The notes beneath the pieces were generated by a model that did no database searches, was not told where the DNA came from, and saw nothing but the letters and a program-made list of their open reading frames with translations. The position numbers and the translations under genes were made by a program. Shown in pieces: positions 1-11,718 of a DNA stretch of 64,000 bases. The stretch lies in the NCBI GenBank assembly GCA_001790815.1, contig MGDU01000010.1, positions 2,621 to 66,620 on the forward strand, in the 5' to 3' direction. The stretch comes from Candidatus Uhrbacteria bacterium RIFCSPHIGHO2_02_FULL_46_47. Its GTDB lineage: Bacteria; Patescibacteriota; Patescibacteriia; GWA2-47-26. How positions within the stretch are numbered: the first letter of the stretch is position 1; the number at the start of each line of letters is the position of its first letter.

Positions 1-1
1 T

Positions 2-157
2 GTGGAAAACCCAAAGTTTGTAATGGTAACCCGTATTGATCGTCCCAAGGATGTCCAATTTGCCGAGTCCTCGGCCGCCCCGCTTTTTGGCGAAATTGCG
101 CGATTTTTACTGCAATATTACGAGATTAAGCCAACCCGGCCGATTGTACAACACTGA
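2..157 (+). CDS. C-terminal end of penicillin-binding protein (FtsI/PBP2-like transpeptidase), truncated by window start
   Basis: Frame 2 reads VENPKFVMVTRIDRPKDVQFAESSAAPLFGEIARFLLQYYEIKP...*, resembling the class B PBP C-terminus (PxxxPxxxxxVxxDxP...AAPxFxxI). Confidence 0.75.
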   Translation: MENPKFVMVTRIDRPKDVQFAESSAAPLFGEIARFLLQYYEIKPTRPIVQH

Positions 158-166
158 GTGTGGTAC
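146..166. repeat. Short palindrome gtacaacac-N3-gtgt(g/t)gtac (second copy 16769..16789)
   Basis: gtacaacactgagtgtggtac here; gtacaacacgcagtgttgtac just after the murF stop. Confidence 0.5.
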
Positions 167-170
167 AATA

Positions 171-191
171 TACGGAAGCTCAGCCTCCGTA
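171..191. repeat. REP-like palindrome (family B) upstream of RAYT
   Basis: tacggaagctcagcctccgta. Confidence 0.8.
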
Positions 192-193
192 AT

Positions 194-904
194 ATGCGCA
201 ATATCAATTTCTATAATGGAGGATTTTATCACATTTATAATCGCGGTGCATTAAAAGAACCGATTTTTTTAGAAGTGAATGACTATGTGCGATTTGTGCA
301 TGATCTGTACGAATTTAACGATGTAAATTATACTATTGATTTTCGGAAGATAACAGGAAGCTCAGCTTCCGTTGCATCCACGGAAGCTGAGCTTCCGAGC
401 ATTAAAAAGCCGCAGCGTGAGCCGGTGGTGGCGATCATATCATGGTGCTTGATGCCAAATCATTTTCATCTTTTCTTACAACAGCTGAAGGATGGTGGTA
501 TAAGTTTTTTTATGCATAAACTCGGCACCGGATACACCAACTATATTAATCGAAAATATGAAGAGCGGAGCGGACACCTTTTTCAAGGAAGATTTAAGGC
601 AAAACATATTGGGCAAGAAGGATATTTTTTACATATTTCGCGTTATATTCATCTGAATCCTGTGGATTTGATTGAGTCAGGATGGAAAGAAGATGGGATC
701 AAAGATTGGAATAAAATACAAGAATTTTTGGAAAATTACCGTTGGTCTAGTTACCAAGATTGGGTTGGGAAGAAAAATTTTCCATCTGTGTTGAATTTGA
801 ATGGAGTGGAGAAGATTTTTGAAGGTGCAGAAAAATATACAAGGTTTATGAAAGAATGGGCAACTGGAAATTATCAGCCGATAAAAAGTTTAGTTGCGGG
901 ATAA
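194..904 (+). CDS. HUH/Y1 tyrosine transposase, REP-associated (RAYT / IS200-like Y1_Tnp)
   Basis: YHIYNRG, CLMPNHFH (HUH), HLFQGRFK, YIHLNPV, YRWSSY motifs; flanked by palindromes; ATG 194 preferred over GTG 158. Confidence 0.9.
   Translation: MRNINFYNGGFYHIYNRGALKEPIFLEVNDYVRFVHDLYEFNDVNYTIDFRKITGSSASVASTEAELPSIKKPQREPVVAIISWCLMPNHFHLFLQQLKDGGISFFMHKLGTGYTNYINRKYEERSGHLFQGRFKAKHIGQEGYFLHISRYIHLNPVDLIESGWKEDGIKDWNKIQEFLENYRWSSYQDWVGKKNFPSVLNLNGVEKIFEGAEKYTRFMKEWATGNYQPIKSLVAG
356..396. repeat. Family B REP doublet inserted in frame inside the RAYT gene
   Basis: ggaagctcagcttccg-ttgcatcca-cggaagctgagcttcc; encodes GSSASVASTEAELP. Confidence 0.85.
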
Positions 905-907
905 TAT

Positions 908-949
908 TCGAAGCTGAGCTTCCGTAAATTACGGAAGCTCAGCTTCCGA
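908..949. repeat. Family B REP doublet downstream of RAYT
   Basis: gaagctgagcttccgtaa-a-ttacggaagctcagcttc hairpin. Confidence 0.85.
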
Positions 950-1025
950 TCCATCACTTATTGTGGATAACTTTGAAATGCCATTTAATGACGTTTTTAT
1001 GGTATAATATCAAGCGGAGGGACAT

Positions 1026-4000
1026 ATGAGGAAAATATCCCTATTTCTCCTATTTCTTTTAATAGGAGGCGCTGTCATATTTGGCCGTGCCTTAACGGTT
1101 TTTGCTGTTGCCGGGATTCCAAAAGTAATTAATCACCAAGGACGGCTTCTTGACAGTAGTGGCAATTTGCTTGGCGGATCCGGGACCAATTATTGTTTCC
1201 GATTTTCCATTTATGATGATGTAACCGTGGGCGCTCCGGACACCAAAGTTTGGCCAGCTGGCACGCCTTCTACCATGACCGCGCAGGTGCGCAATGGGGT
1301 GTTTAATGTAGGGATAGGGGATACGGCGGCCGGCGGCGATACACTGGATTTTAATTTTCAAGATAATGATACTGTATTTTTGAATGTGGAAGTTGCCGCG
1401 CAAATAAGTAGCTCATGCGCAGGAGTAACATTTGAAACTTTAAGTCCGCGCCAGCGCGTAGCTTCTTCCGGGTACGCGATTAATGCTGATACAGTTGACG
1501 GGCTTAATCCCGGCACTGGCGCGAACAATCTTTTGAAACTTGGTTCATCCGGCGAGATCGCGCTTGGCGGAACTACTTATTTGACTGCCGCCGGCGCGCT
1601 TTCAAACATCGCAAGTCTTACCGGTTCAGGCGCGCTGACTATTACTTCAAGCGCCTCTGGCGCGATTACTCTTGATGCCGCTTCAAATGTGGTTGCTATT
1701 GCGGCGGGCGATGAATTACAACTTGGCACGGCCGCGGCAGACCCTACTGGCGCAAACGGCCGCGTATTTTATAACACGGCAACCAATAAGTTCCGCTGTT
1801 ATGAAAATGGCGCGTGGGCTAATTGCATTGGCGCGGGCGGGAGCAGTACTTTGCAAGATGCCTATGGCAATGGAAATACCATTACCACAACTGATGCCCG
1901 CAACATTCTTTTTTCACTTGCAGATACTGCGACAGATTCGGATTTTATCATAGATCTTTTAGGCACTGGCAACATATTTGAAGTGCGCGATAGCGGCGTA
2001 GCTGTCGTGACTGTGGCCGATGGCGGCGCGACAACCTTTACCGGCGCGGTTACAGCCAATGGTAATATCAATTTTGACGATGCTGGCGCAGATACGATTT
2101 CAATCGGCGCTGCAGCAGATACCGTGACAATTACCTCTGACACCCTGTCTTTGACCGACAATAACTGGACAATTTCCACAGTGGGCGCGGCTTCTTTTGC
2201 CTCGCTTTCGGTGGGCGGCGTTTCTGATCCCTACGTGGACGAAACCGGAGACACCATGACCGGATCACTGACTTTCTCCGCAGTTGCCACTGACCTTACC
2301 ACTGGCGTGAATGAAGCCCTGACCATCTCTCCCAATGGCACTGGCGACTTGGTGGTTGACACAGACGCTGACACCACCCTGACCTTAAACGGCGGAGGAG
2401 ACGGAGTTGATTCTCTGGTGCTTACCGACGGCGATATTCTTGTTTCTGACGGCGATCTTGACCTTTCCGGCGGGGACTTCAATGTTACGCTGGATGCCGG
2501 CGATACGGCCAACATTTCCAAAACCTCAGCCAATGCCGGGGATGTGGTGGCTTTAGCCGGCACCTCAGTCAATGCCATTGACGTGCTGGATCTCTCCGCC
2601 ACCTCTATAGCTGACGCGGTAGCGGATGCCATAAACGGCTTGGTAATTAACTGGACTGAATCCACTGACGCTGACACTTTCACTGCCTTAAACATCGGCA
2701 ATACCACCACCACCAATTCCGCCACCACCGGCATTTCCCTCGGCACAGGTTACGACACCGACTTAAACGCCACGACCGACCTGACTCTGGGCATCGGCGG
2801 AACGAATGAACTCACCATCACCTCCACGGCCACATCTCCCTCCACCTCAGACGGCAATGCTCTGGGCACCACCTCCTTAATGTGGGGCGATCTGTTCCTG
2901 GCCTCGGGCGGAGTGATCAACTTTGACAATGGGGATGTTACCCTCACCCATGCCGCTAATGCGCTCACCATGGCTGGAGGAAATCTAACAGTTACTCAAC
3001 CTGTGTTTACTTCCGGTTCGCCTTTCGGCTTAACCTTCACCGGCGGGGCGCATACCACGCTTGCGGCTGGAACGCAGGCAAAAGACATATACTTCAATCT
3101 TGGACGGACAGTGCAGTTTGCAACCGGAGCGTTGGCTAATCAGGAAGTAATTACGATTGACGCTCCGACTTACGCTTTCGTGGGAGCCTCAACGCTTACA
3201 GAGGCAACAACATTAAACATCTCCGGTGCGCCTCAACAAGGCACAAACGCCACGATTACAAACGCTTACGGACTTACGATTAGCCAAACCAATTACGCTA
3301 GCGCAAATGCCGTCCAGTCATTGATTGAAATGCCCGGGATTTCCAACGGAGCCGGAGCAATAACATCCCGTATAGGATTAATCATTGCTGATGCGGGCGC
3401 TAACATATCGCTTGGCAATCAAACCGCTACGCTTACTTTACTTAAAGGGCTTAGTATCAATACGGTAACCTATGAGTCCACCACAAATACCCGAACTGTC
3501 ACAAACGCGATAGGGGCAACCATAGCCGCGCCGTCTTCAGGTACGAATGTGACAATGAACACCGTTGTTGCTCTTGTCCTTGGCGATGACAACACACAGG
3601 CTAGCCAAACAGGATTTGCGTACGCGGATTTGGTAACCGGCGGCAACACTTTGACGCTTACTGGCACAACACAGCTCACCAACGTGCCTTCAATTTCTAG
3701 TGTCAATGTTGGCGCAACTACGATAACGGACGCTTCGGCGATTACGGTAGACAGCGTGGCCAGTGTTTATATTGAGGGAGCTCCAATCGCGGCAGGGTCG
3801 GTGACGCTTACGAATGCTTATGCGTTGTGGGTGGATGCGGGGGCTATTAGATTTGATGATCAAATCCAATGGGGAGCAGGTGTTGCAGTTACAGCAGGGA
3901 ATTATTCTGTCGGGAGAAACGCTGATGGTACGAATCTATTGCAACTTAACGTGCCAACTGGCTCAACACACGAGTTTTCCGTGAACGATGTTTCCCAAGT

Positions 4001-7000
4001 CAATGTGGGATTGGGCGGATTTAGCTTCCCTACTGGTGCCGCAATAACCGCGGCTGGTTATCAAGTTCTCCGCGATGCCGATGGAACGAATCAATTGCAT
4101 TTTAATGTTCCGACTGGAGCCACCTTTGAATGGTCGGTAAATGATGTTGCGGAGATGACGCTTTCGGCAACGGCGGTGAATTTTCAGAACAATTCCTTGA
4201 CTACGACTGGCGGTGGTTCGCTTACCGGTACTTGGACTGATTTGGGAAGCGTAACAACGATAGATATTAACGGCGGCACCATTGATGGCGCGACAATCGG
4301 CGGAGCGGTTGCAGGTGCAATCACTGGTACAACTATCACCGCTAATACCAATTTTGTCCCGGACGCGGATGACGGAGCTGGACTGGGTATTTCTGGTACA
4401 GCTTTCTCAGATTTGTTCTTAGCTTCTGGCGCAGTCATCAACTTCGCGGCTGGCGATGTAACGCTCACGCACGCTTCCAACTCCCTCGCAGTAGCCGGCG
4501 GCGACCTGAATGTGGATATTATTGATGGGCAAACTATTAACCTGGACGGGGATGCCAGCCCGACTGCGGATCTGGTAACCATTGGCTCTGGGGACACTTC
4601 GGCCACCGGCGGAGTGGACGCGCTACAGCTTACTTTCGGAACCTCCAATGTTTCAGGAAATGTCATTGATATTACACCGAGTTATGCCGGCGGAGCTACG
4701 GATCTTCTTTCCTACAAAATCATTGATATTGACGCTTTTTCTCCCACCAACGGCGCTGGCACTGATGGAGTTACTGGGATTGACTTTGGCGCGCTGACTG
4801 ACCCAGGCGCCACCATCAATTCTTTTGCCATGAATTTTGGCACGGGTTGGGACACGGATATCAACGCCGTTACCTCTTTGGAAATTGGCATTGGCGGCAC
4901 CAATGAGCTGGCACTCACGGCCACGGCTCTTGCTCCCTCCACCTCGGACGGCAATGCCCTGGGCACCACCGCCTTGATGTGGTCCGACCTGTTCCTCGCT
5001 TCGGGTGGAGTGATCAACTTTGACAACGGAGATGTTACTTTGACGCATGCGGCCAATGCGTTGACCATGGCTGGAGGAAACTTGACCGTCACCCAGCCGG
5101 TGTTTACTTCAGGTTCTCCTACCGGCTTGACCTTTACTGGCGGGGCGCATACAACACTTGCGGCGGGAACACAGGCAATAGACATAAACTTCAATCTTGC
5201 CCGAACAGTTCAATTCGCCACTGGCGCGTTAGCCAACCAAAGCGCGATAAACATCAGCGCGCCGACTTATGGTTTTGTCGGGGCTTCAACACTTACTACT
5301 GCGGAGTTGCTTACGTTAAGCGGATTTCCTCAGGCCGGAACAAACGCCACAATTACAAACGAGCGGATACTCCATATTGCCTCAGGCACAGCCAATGCCG
5401 GTATCGCATACAGTTTTTTCATTGATATGCCGGGGATTGCCAACGGCTTTGGCGCAATGACGAGCTTAGAGGGCATAATGCTCTCTGCGGGAGGCAATGT
5501 TTCTTTAGGGAACCAAACTGCTACTCTTTCTAATCTGATTGGGCTTAGCATTGATACTGTAACTTACGAGTCCACGACAAATGTAAGAACAGTGACAAAT
5601 GCAGTGGGAATGGTAATCTCTGCGCCATCTTCCGGTTCAAATGTCGTGATGAACACAGTGATAGCGGGCGCCTTTGGCGGAGATACAACGCAGGTGAGCC
5701 AGACAGCATTCCAATATGTGGATATTTTAACCGGCGGCAATACCCTGACGCTTACCGGCACAACGCAATTAACAGGAGCACCTTCAATTTCCAGCATTGC
5801 TGTTGATCCAATTACCATTACCGACGCTTCGGCAGTAACGGTTGATAACGCGGCAAGCGTGTACATCACGGGCGCGCCTATTGCGGCAGGGTTAGTTACG
5901 CTTACCAATGCTTATGCGCTTTGGGTTGATGCTGGGGCTATTAGATTTGATGACCATGTTCAATGGGGAGCAGGCGTTGCGGTTACAGCAGGAAATTATT
6001 CTGTCGGAAGAAATGCGGATGGTACGAATCTATTGCAGTATAACGTCCCGACTGGCTCAACGCATGAGTTTTCCGTGAATGATGTTTCCCAAGTCAATGC
6101 GGGATTGGGCGGATTTAGTTTCCCTACTGGTGCCGCAGTTACGGCGGCTGGTTATCAAGTTCTCCGCGATGCAGATGGTACAAATCAACTACATTTCAAT
6201 GTGCCCACAGGAGCTACCTTTGAATGGAGTGTAAACGATGTTGCCGAGATGACGCTTTCCGCAACGGCGGTGAACTTCCAGAATAATTCCTTGACTACGA
6301 CTGGCGGCGGTTCTCTTACGGGTACTTGGTCGGATTTGGGAAGTGTAACAACGATAGATATAAATGGAGGTACGGTGGACGGAGTAACGATTGGCGGAGC
6401 AGTGGCTGGAGCGATTACGGGAACGACCATCACAGCTACTACAAGTTTTGTAAGTGCAGTAGGTTCTGCCGCCGCTCCTACTTACACTTTCACAGGCGAT
6501 ACGAATACAGGAATGTCCGCGGCTACGGCTGATACGCTTATTCTCTCCACAGCTGGTGTCGCAGGATTAACGATTGATCCGACCCAGGACTTTACCCTAA
6601 CACAAGGCGTTTCTGCGACTGGTTCTCCTACCGGCCTTACCTTTACCGGTGGGGCGCATACTACGCTCGCGGCCAGTACAGAGGCGAGAGATGTTTACTT
6701 TGACCTTTCCAGAACAGTGCAGTTTGCAACAGGTGATATTACAGTGCAACGAGCAATGGTTATTGACGCGCCGACTTACGCGGCAGTTGGAGCAAGCAAC
6801 TTCACGCATACTTATGGTGTAGTCATTGACGGTGCGCCCAATCCGGGTACGAATGTTACATTTACCGGAATTTCCTCGGCTTTGAATATCGGGAATATGG
6901 ATAACGGGAACAATTATAGTCAAACAGAAGTTATTCATGGAATCGCCATGATTCCGGGTATTGCCAATGGTACGGGTGCCGTGGCAGAGCGCGGAGCATT

Positions 7001-10000
7001 TACCACTGCTCCGCCTGATTCAGGAATCCACCTTGGCAATCAAACCGCGACTTTGGATCTTCTTTATGGAATGGGTGCATTTGGCGGCCCGGTTGATTCA
7101 ACTACCAATACCCGCACGGTTACAAATGCCGCCACGCTTTATATTGATGGGCCGTTCAGCAATGCCGGAAATGTCACTTTCACCAACGGGCCTTATTCGC
7201 TTTGGGTGGATGCGGGGGCTATTAGATTTGATGATCAAATCCAATGGGGAGCAGGAGTTGCAGTTACAGCAGGGAATTATTCTGTTGGGAGAAACGCAGA
7301 TGGTACTAACTTAATGCAATTTAATGTACCTACTGGAGCGGCTTTTGAGTTCTCAATCAACGATGTTGCTCAAATTACTGGTGGTCTAGGGGCATGGAAT
7401 TATGCGGCTGGAGCTAGTTTTGCTGGAGGAGCCGCAAATTACATCATCGGAAGAAATGCTGACGGAACAAACCTCATGCAGTATAACGTCCCAACAGGAG
7501 CTTCGCATGAGTTTTCAATCAATGATGTTGCGCAAATAGCTATAGGTGGAGGTCAATTTTCCTTCATCACGGGTACGGCGACCGCTGGGGCTAGTTATTC
7601 TGTTGGACGAAATGCCGATGGTACGAATTTAATGCAGTACAATGTTCCGACTGGAGCTTCGCATGAGTTCTCTGTGAATGATGTTACCGAAATGACCCTC
7701 TCCGCAACAGCGGTGAATTTTCAGGATAATTCAATCACTACGACTGGCGGCGGTTCGCTTACGGGCACTTGGACTGACTTGGGTTCAGTTACCACGGTAG
7801 ACATCAACGGCGGAACGATTGATGGTGTAACTATTGGCGGAGCAGTTGCAGGGGCAATCACTGGTACAACTATCACAGTTAATACTAATCTTGTGCCAGA
7901 CGCGAATGACGGTGCAGGTCTTGGTATTTCTGGCACAGCATTTAGTGACTTGTTCTTAGCTTCTGGGGGAGTCATTAACTGGGCGGCAGGGGATGTAACA
8001 CTTACTCATGCCACAGATGCGCTCACCATGGCTGGAGGAAACTTGACCGTTACCCAGCCTGTGTTCACTTCCGGCTCACCCACCGGTCTTACCTTCACGG
8101 GCGGGGCGCATACCACGCTAACGGCTGGCAATCTTATTGATGTCAACTTCAACCTTGCTCGCACTGTTCAATTCACAACAGGTGCCGCGTTTGATTATTA
8201 CGGGGTTCAGATTTCGGCTCCGACTCTTGGAGCCACCGCCGCCACACAGACCATCTCAGGAACTACAATGTTTATCGGTGGCGGTCCAATAGCTGGAACG
8301 AATGTAACATTGAGTGGAAGCACCGCGCTAGAAGTGGACGGCTGGTTTTCCAATTCAGATATCGCGGATACCGTGTTTATTGATTATCCAGAGATCGCTA
8401 CTGGATTTGGCGCGGCGACAGAACGAGCCGCCTTAAGGATCGGAGGTGATACCTTCATTCTTGGTAATCAGACCGCCACTTTGACCGATCTGGCGGCCAT
8501 TAGCATTGGTCAAGCTACTTTCACATCCACCGACCTTGTCCGAACTGTTACCAATCCAAGCGCAATTTACATCGAGGGCGCGCCAGTGGCGAGTACGAAT
8601 GTTACTTTCACCAACGGGCCTTATTCCCTTTTTGTGGATGCCGGCGCCGCGCGGTTTGACGGCGCGGTGGCTTTGGGCGCCCAGCAATCGCTTACGGTGA
8701 ACTCAACCACCCCATCTGTTTCAGCTGGTTCCCACTTTGTTACGGCCAATTCTGCTGGAACGGTTATTAGCAATTTCACCAGCGGCCACAATGGGCAGAT
8801 CCTTGTCGTGGAAATCAACGACGCCAATACTGATTTTGACTGCACCGCTTCAAACCTTAATTGCGGTGGCGCGGACATCACCACTCCCGCGGCCGGAGAT
8901 CTTTTCACCTTCGCGTACGACGGCACGAACTGGAACCTCATCAACTGGATGGATACCTCCGCGACCCAAACCGGCGCGGATATTGCGGAATATATGTATG
9001 CGGATGCGGAGATTGCGCCAGGAACTGTGGTAGTGGCGCACCCAACGCGCAAAGAAGCTGTTATGGCGGGCGCGAAAGCTTATGACGCGACAGTGGTGGG
9101 CATTATTTCAGACGTTGAAGGTAAGTTGAGCGATATTCGACCGGGTCTCGTGCTTGGTGAAGGTCGCGGTAATGTGCCGGTCACTCTTGCCGGACGCGTG
9201 ATGGCGGCGTTTGATTTACAAAATGGTCTAGCATTTCCGGGCGATCCGCTTACCACCAGTACTAACGGCCGGCTGATGGTGGCTAAAAAAGCCGGCCCGA
9301 TTGTGGGCAAGGCCTTGAGTTTGGCCGAAAACGGATATGTGGTCGCTATGGTGAGCGTGGGTTGGTACAATCCCACGGATCTTTCACAAGTAAGCCAGGA
9401 GATGGAGGATTTGCGCGAACAAGTAAGAATCGCGCAAGCGGAAACTGCTCCAATAGAATTTACGCTGGAAGCCATGCAAAAGTTGGATGTTCGGGTTGCT
9501 AATCTTGAAACTTTGATTGCCGAACCGATAGAAGAGTTGTCAATACTTTCCAATCGCGTGGGAACCCTTGCGGATGCTTATGCGGAGGCGATAATATGGC
9601 GCGCAAGTGTTGAGACACAACTTATCGCGTTTACTGGTCGAACTGATACGCTGGAGGCGCGGGTAAATGCGATTGATCCTGTGCTTGAGGATTTGAAAAA
9701 TCGTTTGAGCGCGGTTGAGAATCCGTCACTGAGTGATGGTTCGGAAAATCACTCAGTGACAACGTTGGATTTGAGTAAGCTGGAATTGTCAGGCAGTTTG
9801 ACATTGCAAAGTGGGGCAACGATTTCCGGTGGTTTGCGCGTGGATAGCGTGAGCGCAATAGGGGATCTGCTGGCACTGATGAGTGATGTGAACTTTATTG
9901 GCCGGCCGTACTTTAACGCGGATACCGGAGGATTCGCACTTGTGAAAAAAGGTGAACGTGAGGTGCGAGTGGCGTTTACGCAAGAGTATTTGGAACAGCC

Positions 10001-10649
10001 GGTGGTAAACGCGACAATTTCACTTGAAGCCCTTGATGAATCAGCGCTTACGGAAGATCAGCGCGCTTTGCTTGATGAAGCGCAGAAAAAAGATTTGCTT
10101 GCCCAGATGCAGAGCGAACAAGAAGAGGCGCTTTTTACAAGTGGGGTGCGCTACTTGGTAACGCGCAAGAGTACCAAAGGATTTACGATTCTTTTGAGCG
10201 CGGCCGCTCCATCAGATGTGCGATTTAGCTGGATCGCGCTGGCAGTGAAGAACGCACGAACGCACACGAAAGTTGAAGATACACTAACGGACACGAACAC
10301 AAGTAGCGCGGCACTTGATGTGCCGCTGGAGGCACCCTCACCCCCGCAGTCATCCGACGCGGCTACGAACCCTCTCCCTGCGGGAGAGGGAGTAGTTTCT
10401 CCTCCGGATGATGCGGCGGTTCTTGAACCTGCCACAGAGCCCACGCCGGAAGGGCTAAGTCCTGTCGCAGGGCTTAGCCCTGAAACCAGCAACGCCCCAG
10501 AACCTGCACCTGAGCCAGTCGGGTCATCCGACCCGACTGCCCCGTCGGATGACGGGGCAGAACCCGCACCGGAAACCGCACCAGAGGCCACGCCAACCTC
10601 TGATATTTCATCCACAGATAGCATAGTTGCCACAGAGGAAACGCCATGA
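1026..10649 (+). CDS. Giant (3207 aa) secreted repetitive fibre/adhesin-like protein with putative peptidase-G2/IMC-like domain, coiled coil and acidic Pro-rich tail
   Basis: Signal peptide; G/T/A-rich beta repeats; large internal duplications; GADIAEY...VVGIIS...PVTLAGRV...GDPLTTS...GPIVGKAL motif near C-terminus. Confidence 0.8.
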   Translation: MRKISLFLLFLLIGGAVIFGRALTVFAVAGIPKVINHQGRLLDSSGNLLGGSGTNYCFRFSIYDDVTVGAPDTKVWPAGTPSTMTAQVRNGVFNVGIGDTAAGGDTLDFNFQDNDTVFLNVEVAAQISSSCAGVTFETLSPRQRVASSGYAINADTVDGLNPGTGANNLLKLGSSGEIALGGTTYLTAAGALSNIASLTGSGALTITSSASGAITLDAASNVVAIAAGDELQLGTAAADPTGANGRVFYNTATNKFRCYENGAWANCIGAGGSSTLQDAYGNGNTITTTDARNILFSLADTATDSDFIIDLLGTGNIFEVRDSGVAVVTVADGGATTFTGAVTANGNINFDDAGADTISIGAAADTVTITSDTLSLTDNNWTISTVGAASFASLSVGGVSDPYVDETGDTMTGSLTFSAVATDLTTGVNEALTISPNGTGDLVVDTDADTTLTLNGGGDGVDSLVLTDGDILVSDGDLDLSGGDFNVTLDAGDTANISKTSANAGDVVALAGTSVNAIDVLDLSATSIADAVADAINGLVINWTESTDADTFTALNIGNTTTTNSATTGISLGTGYDTDLNATTDLTLGIGGTNELTITSTATSPSTSDGNALGTTSLMWGDLFLASGGVINFDNGDVTLTHAANALTMAGGNLTVTQPVFTSGSPFGLTFTGGAHTTLAAGTQAKDIYFNLGRTVQFATGALANQEVITIDAPTYAFVGASTLTEATTLNISGAPQQGTNATITNAYGLTISQTNYASANAVQSLIEMPGISNGAGAITSRIGLIIADAGANISLGNQTATLTLLKGLSINTVTYESTTNTRTVTNAIGATIAAPSSGTNVTMNTVVALVLGDDNTQASQTGFAYADLVTGGNTLTLTGTTQLTNVPSISSVNVGATTITDASAITVDSVASVYIEGAPIAAGSVTLTNAYALWVDAGAIRFDDQIQWGAGVAVTAGNYSVGRNADGTNLLQLNVPTGSTHEFSVNDVSQVNVGLGGFSFPTGAAITAAGYQVLRDADGTNQLHFNVPTGATFEWSVNDVAEMTLSATAVNFQNNSLTTTGGGSLTGTWTDLGSVTTIDINGGTIDGATIGGAVAGAITGTTITANTNFVPDADDGAGLGISGTAFSDLFLASGAVINFAAGDVTLTHASNSLAVAGGDLNVDIIDGQTINLDGDASPTADLVTIGSGDTSATGGVDALQLTFGTSNVSGNVIDITPSYAGGATDLLSYKIIDIDAFSPTNGAGTDGVTGIDFGALTDPGATINSFAMNFGTGWDTDINAVTSLEIGIGGTNELALTATALAPSTSDGNALGTTALMWSDLFLASGGVINFDNGDVTLTHAANALTMAGGNLTVTQPVFTSGSPTGLTFTGGAHTTLAAGTQAIDINFNLARTVQFATGALANQSAINISAPTYGFVGASTLTTAELLTLSGFPQAGTNATITNERILHIASGTANAGIAYSFFIDMPGIANGFGAMTSLEGIMLSAGGNVSLGNQTATLSNLIGLSIDTVTYESTTNVRTVTNAVGMVISAPSSGSNVVMNTVIAGAFGGDTTQVSQTAFQYVDILTGGNTLTLTGTTQLTGAPSISSIAVDPITITDASAVTVDNAASVYITGAPIAAGLVTLTNAYALWVDAGAIRFDDHVQWGAGVAVTAGNYSVGRNADGTNLLQYNVPTGSTHEFSVNDVSQVNAGLGGFSFPTGAAVTAAGYQVLRDADGTNQLHFNVPTGATFEWSVNDVAEMTLSATAVNFQNNSLTTTGGGSLTGTWSDLGSVTTIDINGGTVDGVTIGGAVAGAITGTTITATTSFVSAVGSAAAPTYTFTGDTNTGMSAATADTLILSTAGVAGLTIDPTQDFTLTQGVSATGSPTGLTFTGGAHTTLAASTEARDVYFDLSRTVQFATGDITVQRAMVIDAPTYAAVGASNFTHTYGVVIDGAPNPGTNVTFTGISSALNIGNMDNGNNYSQTEVIHGIAMIPGIANGTGAVAERGAFTTAPPDSGIHLGNQTATLDLLYGMGAFGGPVDSTTNTRTVTNAATLYIDGPFSNAGNVTFTNGPYSLWVDAGAIRFDDQIQWGAGVAVTAGNYSVGRNADGTNLMQFNVPTGAAFEFSINDVAQITGGLGAWNYAAGASFAGGAANYIIGRNADGTNLMQYNVPTGASHEFSINDVAQIAIGGGQFSFITGTATAGASYSVGRNADGTNLMQYNVPTGASHEFSVNDVTEMTLSATAVNFQDNSITTTGGGSLTGTWTDLGSVTTVDINGGTIDGVTIGGAVAGAITGTTITVNTNLVPDANDGAGLGISGTAFSDLFLASGGVINWAAGDVTLTHATDALTMAGGNLTVTQPVFTSGSPTGLTFTGGAHTTLTAGNLIDVNFNLARTVQFTTGAAFDYYGVQISAPTLGATAATQTISGTTMFIGGGPIAGTNVTLSGSTALEVDGWFSNSDIADTVFIDYPEIATGFGAATERAALRIGGDTFILGNQTATLTDLAAISIGQATFTSTDLVRTVTNPSAIYIEGAPVASTNVTFTNGPYSLFVDAGAARFDGAVALGAQQSLTVNSTTPSVSAGSHFVTANSAGTVISNFTSGHNGQILVVEINDANTDFDCTASNLNCGGADITTPAAGDLFTFAYDGTNWNLINWMDTSATQTGADIAEYMYADAEIAPGTVVVAHPTRKEAVMAGAKAYDATVVGIISDVEGKLSDIRPGLVLGEGRGNVPVTLAGRVMAAFDLQNGLAFPGDPLTTSTNGRLMVAKKAGPIVGKALSLAENGYVVAMVSVGWYNPTDLSQVSQEMEDLREQVRIAQAETAPIEFTLEAMQKLDVRVANLETLIAEPIEELSILSNRVGTLADAYAEAIIWRASVETQLIAFTGRTDTLEARVNAIDPVLEDLKNRLSAVENPSLSDGSENHSVTTLDLSKLELSGSLTLQSGATISGGLRVDSVSAIGDLLALMSDVNFIGRPYFNADTGGFALVKKGEREVRVAFTQEYLEQPVVNATISLEALDESALTEDQRALLDEAQKKDLLAQMQSEQEEALFTSGVRYLVTRKSTKGFTILLSAAAPSDVRFSWIALAVKNARTHTKVEDTLTDTNTSSAALDVPLEAPSPPQSSDAATNPLPAGEGVVSPPDDAAVLEPATEPTPEGLSPVAGLSPETSNAPEPAPEPVGSSDPTAPSDDGAEPAPETAPEATPTSDISSTDSIVATEETP
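9724..9760. repeat. CGTC-headed hairpin, in frame (twin at 13291..13328)
   Basis: cgtcactgagtgat...atcactcagtgac; encodes [13 protein letters not shown]. Confidence 0.75.
10335..10391. repeat. Family A palindrome remnant in frame in giant gene tail
   Basis: ccctcacccc...ccctctccctgcgggagaggg. Confidence 0.65.
10451..10481. repeat. Family C palindrome doublet in frame
   Basis: agggctaagtcct-gtcgc-agggcttagccct; encodes [10 protein letters not shown]. Confidence 0.8.
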
Positions 10650-10687
10650 TATCATCATAATGATATTTACTCGCCATCATAAAATAT

Positions 10688-10969
10688 ATGAGTAATACGA
10701 TTGAAGTTACCACAAATGACATAATGGAGTTTTTGAAGGATAACATGGTGACGAAGGAGGATTTACGGGATGAAATTAAGAAGGTAAAAGATGAGATTCT
10801 TTCGCAACTGGCGGTAATGCAAAAAGAACTGGAAGACATTAAAGCGCGCCTTGATGATATTGAAGAAAGATTGAAAGATGACACGGATGCGCTCGCGCGC
10901 GATGTATTGCAATTGAGAGAGCGTGTGGTTGTGCTTGAAAAACAGCTTGGCATTCAAGTATTAATGTAA
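10688..10969 (+). CDS. Small coiled-coil hypothetical protein
   Basis: 93-aa ORF with heptad pattern (MVTKEDL...RVVVLEKQLG). Confidence 0.75.
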   Translation: MSNTIEVTTNDIMEFLKDNMVTKEDLRDEIKKVKDEILSQLAVMQKELEDIKARLDDIEERLKDDTDALARDVLQLRERVVVLEKQLGIQVLM

Positions 10970-11085
10970 TAATTTAAAAATAAGTATACAACTATGGGAA
11001 ATGCAAAACGACTCGCTACTCCTGAACCAACAACCGAGCCAGTTGCCACCGAAACCCAGCCGTGATATTATGACAGTTACTAAAT

Positions 11086-11133
11086 GTAGTCGCAGGTCTT
11101 TAGCCTGCGCGCAACCTAAAGAGTTGCGGCTAC
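11086..11133. repeat. GTAG-headed REP doublet (family D)
   Basis: gtagtcgcaggtctttagcctgcg-cgcaacctaaagagttgcggctac. Confidence 0.85.
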
Positions 11134-11153
11134 CTAATTATAATAAATAAAAT

Positions 11154-11549
11154 ATGGGAAATGCAAAACGTTTTGTTCCCCTAATTCTTTTTTTGCTACT
11201 TGTGGCCTCTGTCGCAGGAAATGCAATGCTGTATAAAAAGCTCAGAGTCCTTAAGCAAAATCCGCAAATGCTTGCACAAGAAGAAAATAAAGCCCTAGTT
11301 GCTAAAGTAGGCCAATTAATTGTTTTGCCTGAAGGCGAGGAGCCAACTGTTGCAACGGTAAATGAGCCGGAAAAACTCAAAGATCAGCCATTTTTCGCAA
11401 ATGCAAAACAAGGCGACAAGGTCTTGATTTACACTAAAGCGAAAAAAGCAATTTTGTATCGCACGGCGGAAAATAAGATTGTTGAAGTCGCGCCGGTAAA
11501 TATTGGTGAACAGCCAGCCGTAAGCGCGCCAGAGGCGCCTAAGGAATAG
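11154..11549 (+). CDS. Membrane-anchored hypothetical protein
   Basis: N-terminal TM; LPxGEEPTVATV..KLKDQPFF..A..GDKVLIY motif. Confidence 0.8.
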   Translation: MGNAKRFVPLILFLLLVASVAGNAMLYKKLRVLKQNPQMLAQEENKALVAKVGQLIVLPEGEEPTVATVNEPEKLKDQPFFANAKQGDKVLIYTKAKKAILYRTAENKIVEVAPVNIGEQPAVSAPEAPKE

Positions 11550-11552
11550 TTT

Positions 11553-11607
11553 GTAGCCGCAACTCTTTAGGTTGCGCAATTGACGCCGGCTAAAGACCGG
11601 CGACTAC
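11553..11607. repeat. GTAG-headed REP doublet (family D)
   Basis: gtagccgcaactctttaggttgcg...cgccggctaaagaccggcgactac. Confidence 0.85.
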
Positions 11608-11620
11608 TAGATAACACGAA

Positions 11621-11666
11621 CCCTCACCCTCAATCCCTCTCCCCGAGGGAGAGGAAAGGTGAGGGG
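11621..11666. repeat. Family A palindrome, intergenic
   Basis: ccctcaccctcaatccctctccccgagggagaggaaaggtgagggg. Confidence 0.8.
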
Positions 11667-11718
11667 CACGCAAAGGGTATGGCAAAAACCATGCCTTTTT
11701 GGTATGATAAGGGAATGT

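Noticed and set aside
1092-10633. Numerous antisense and alternate-frame ORFs within the giant gene and other long genes
   Set aside because: Shadow ORFs of biased coding sequence with no recognisable motifs
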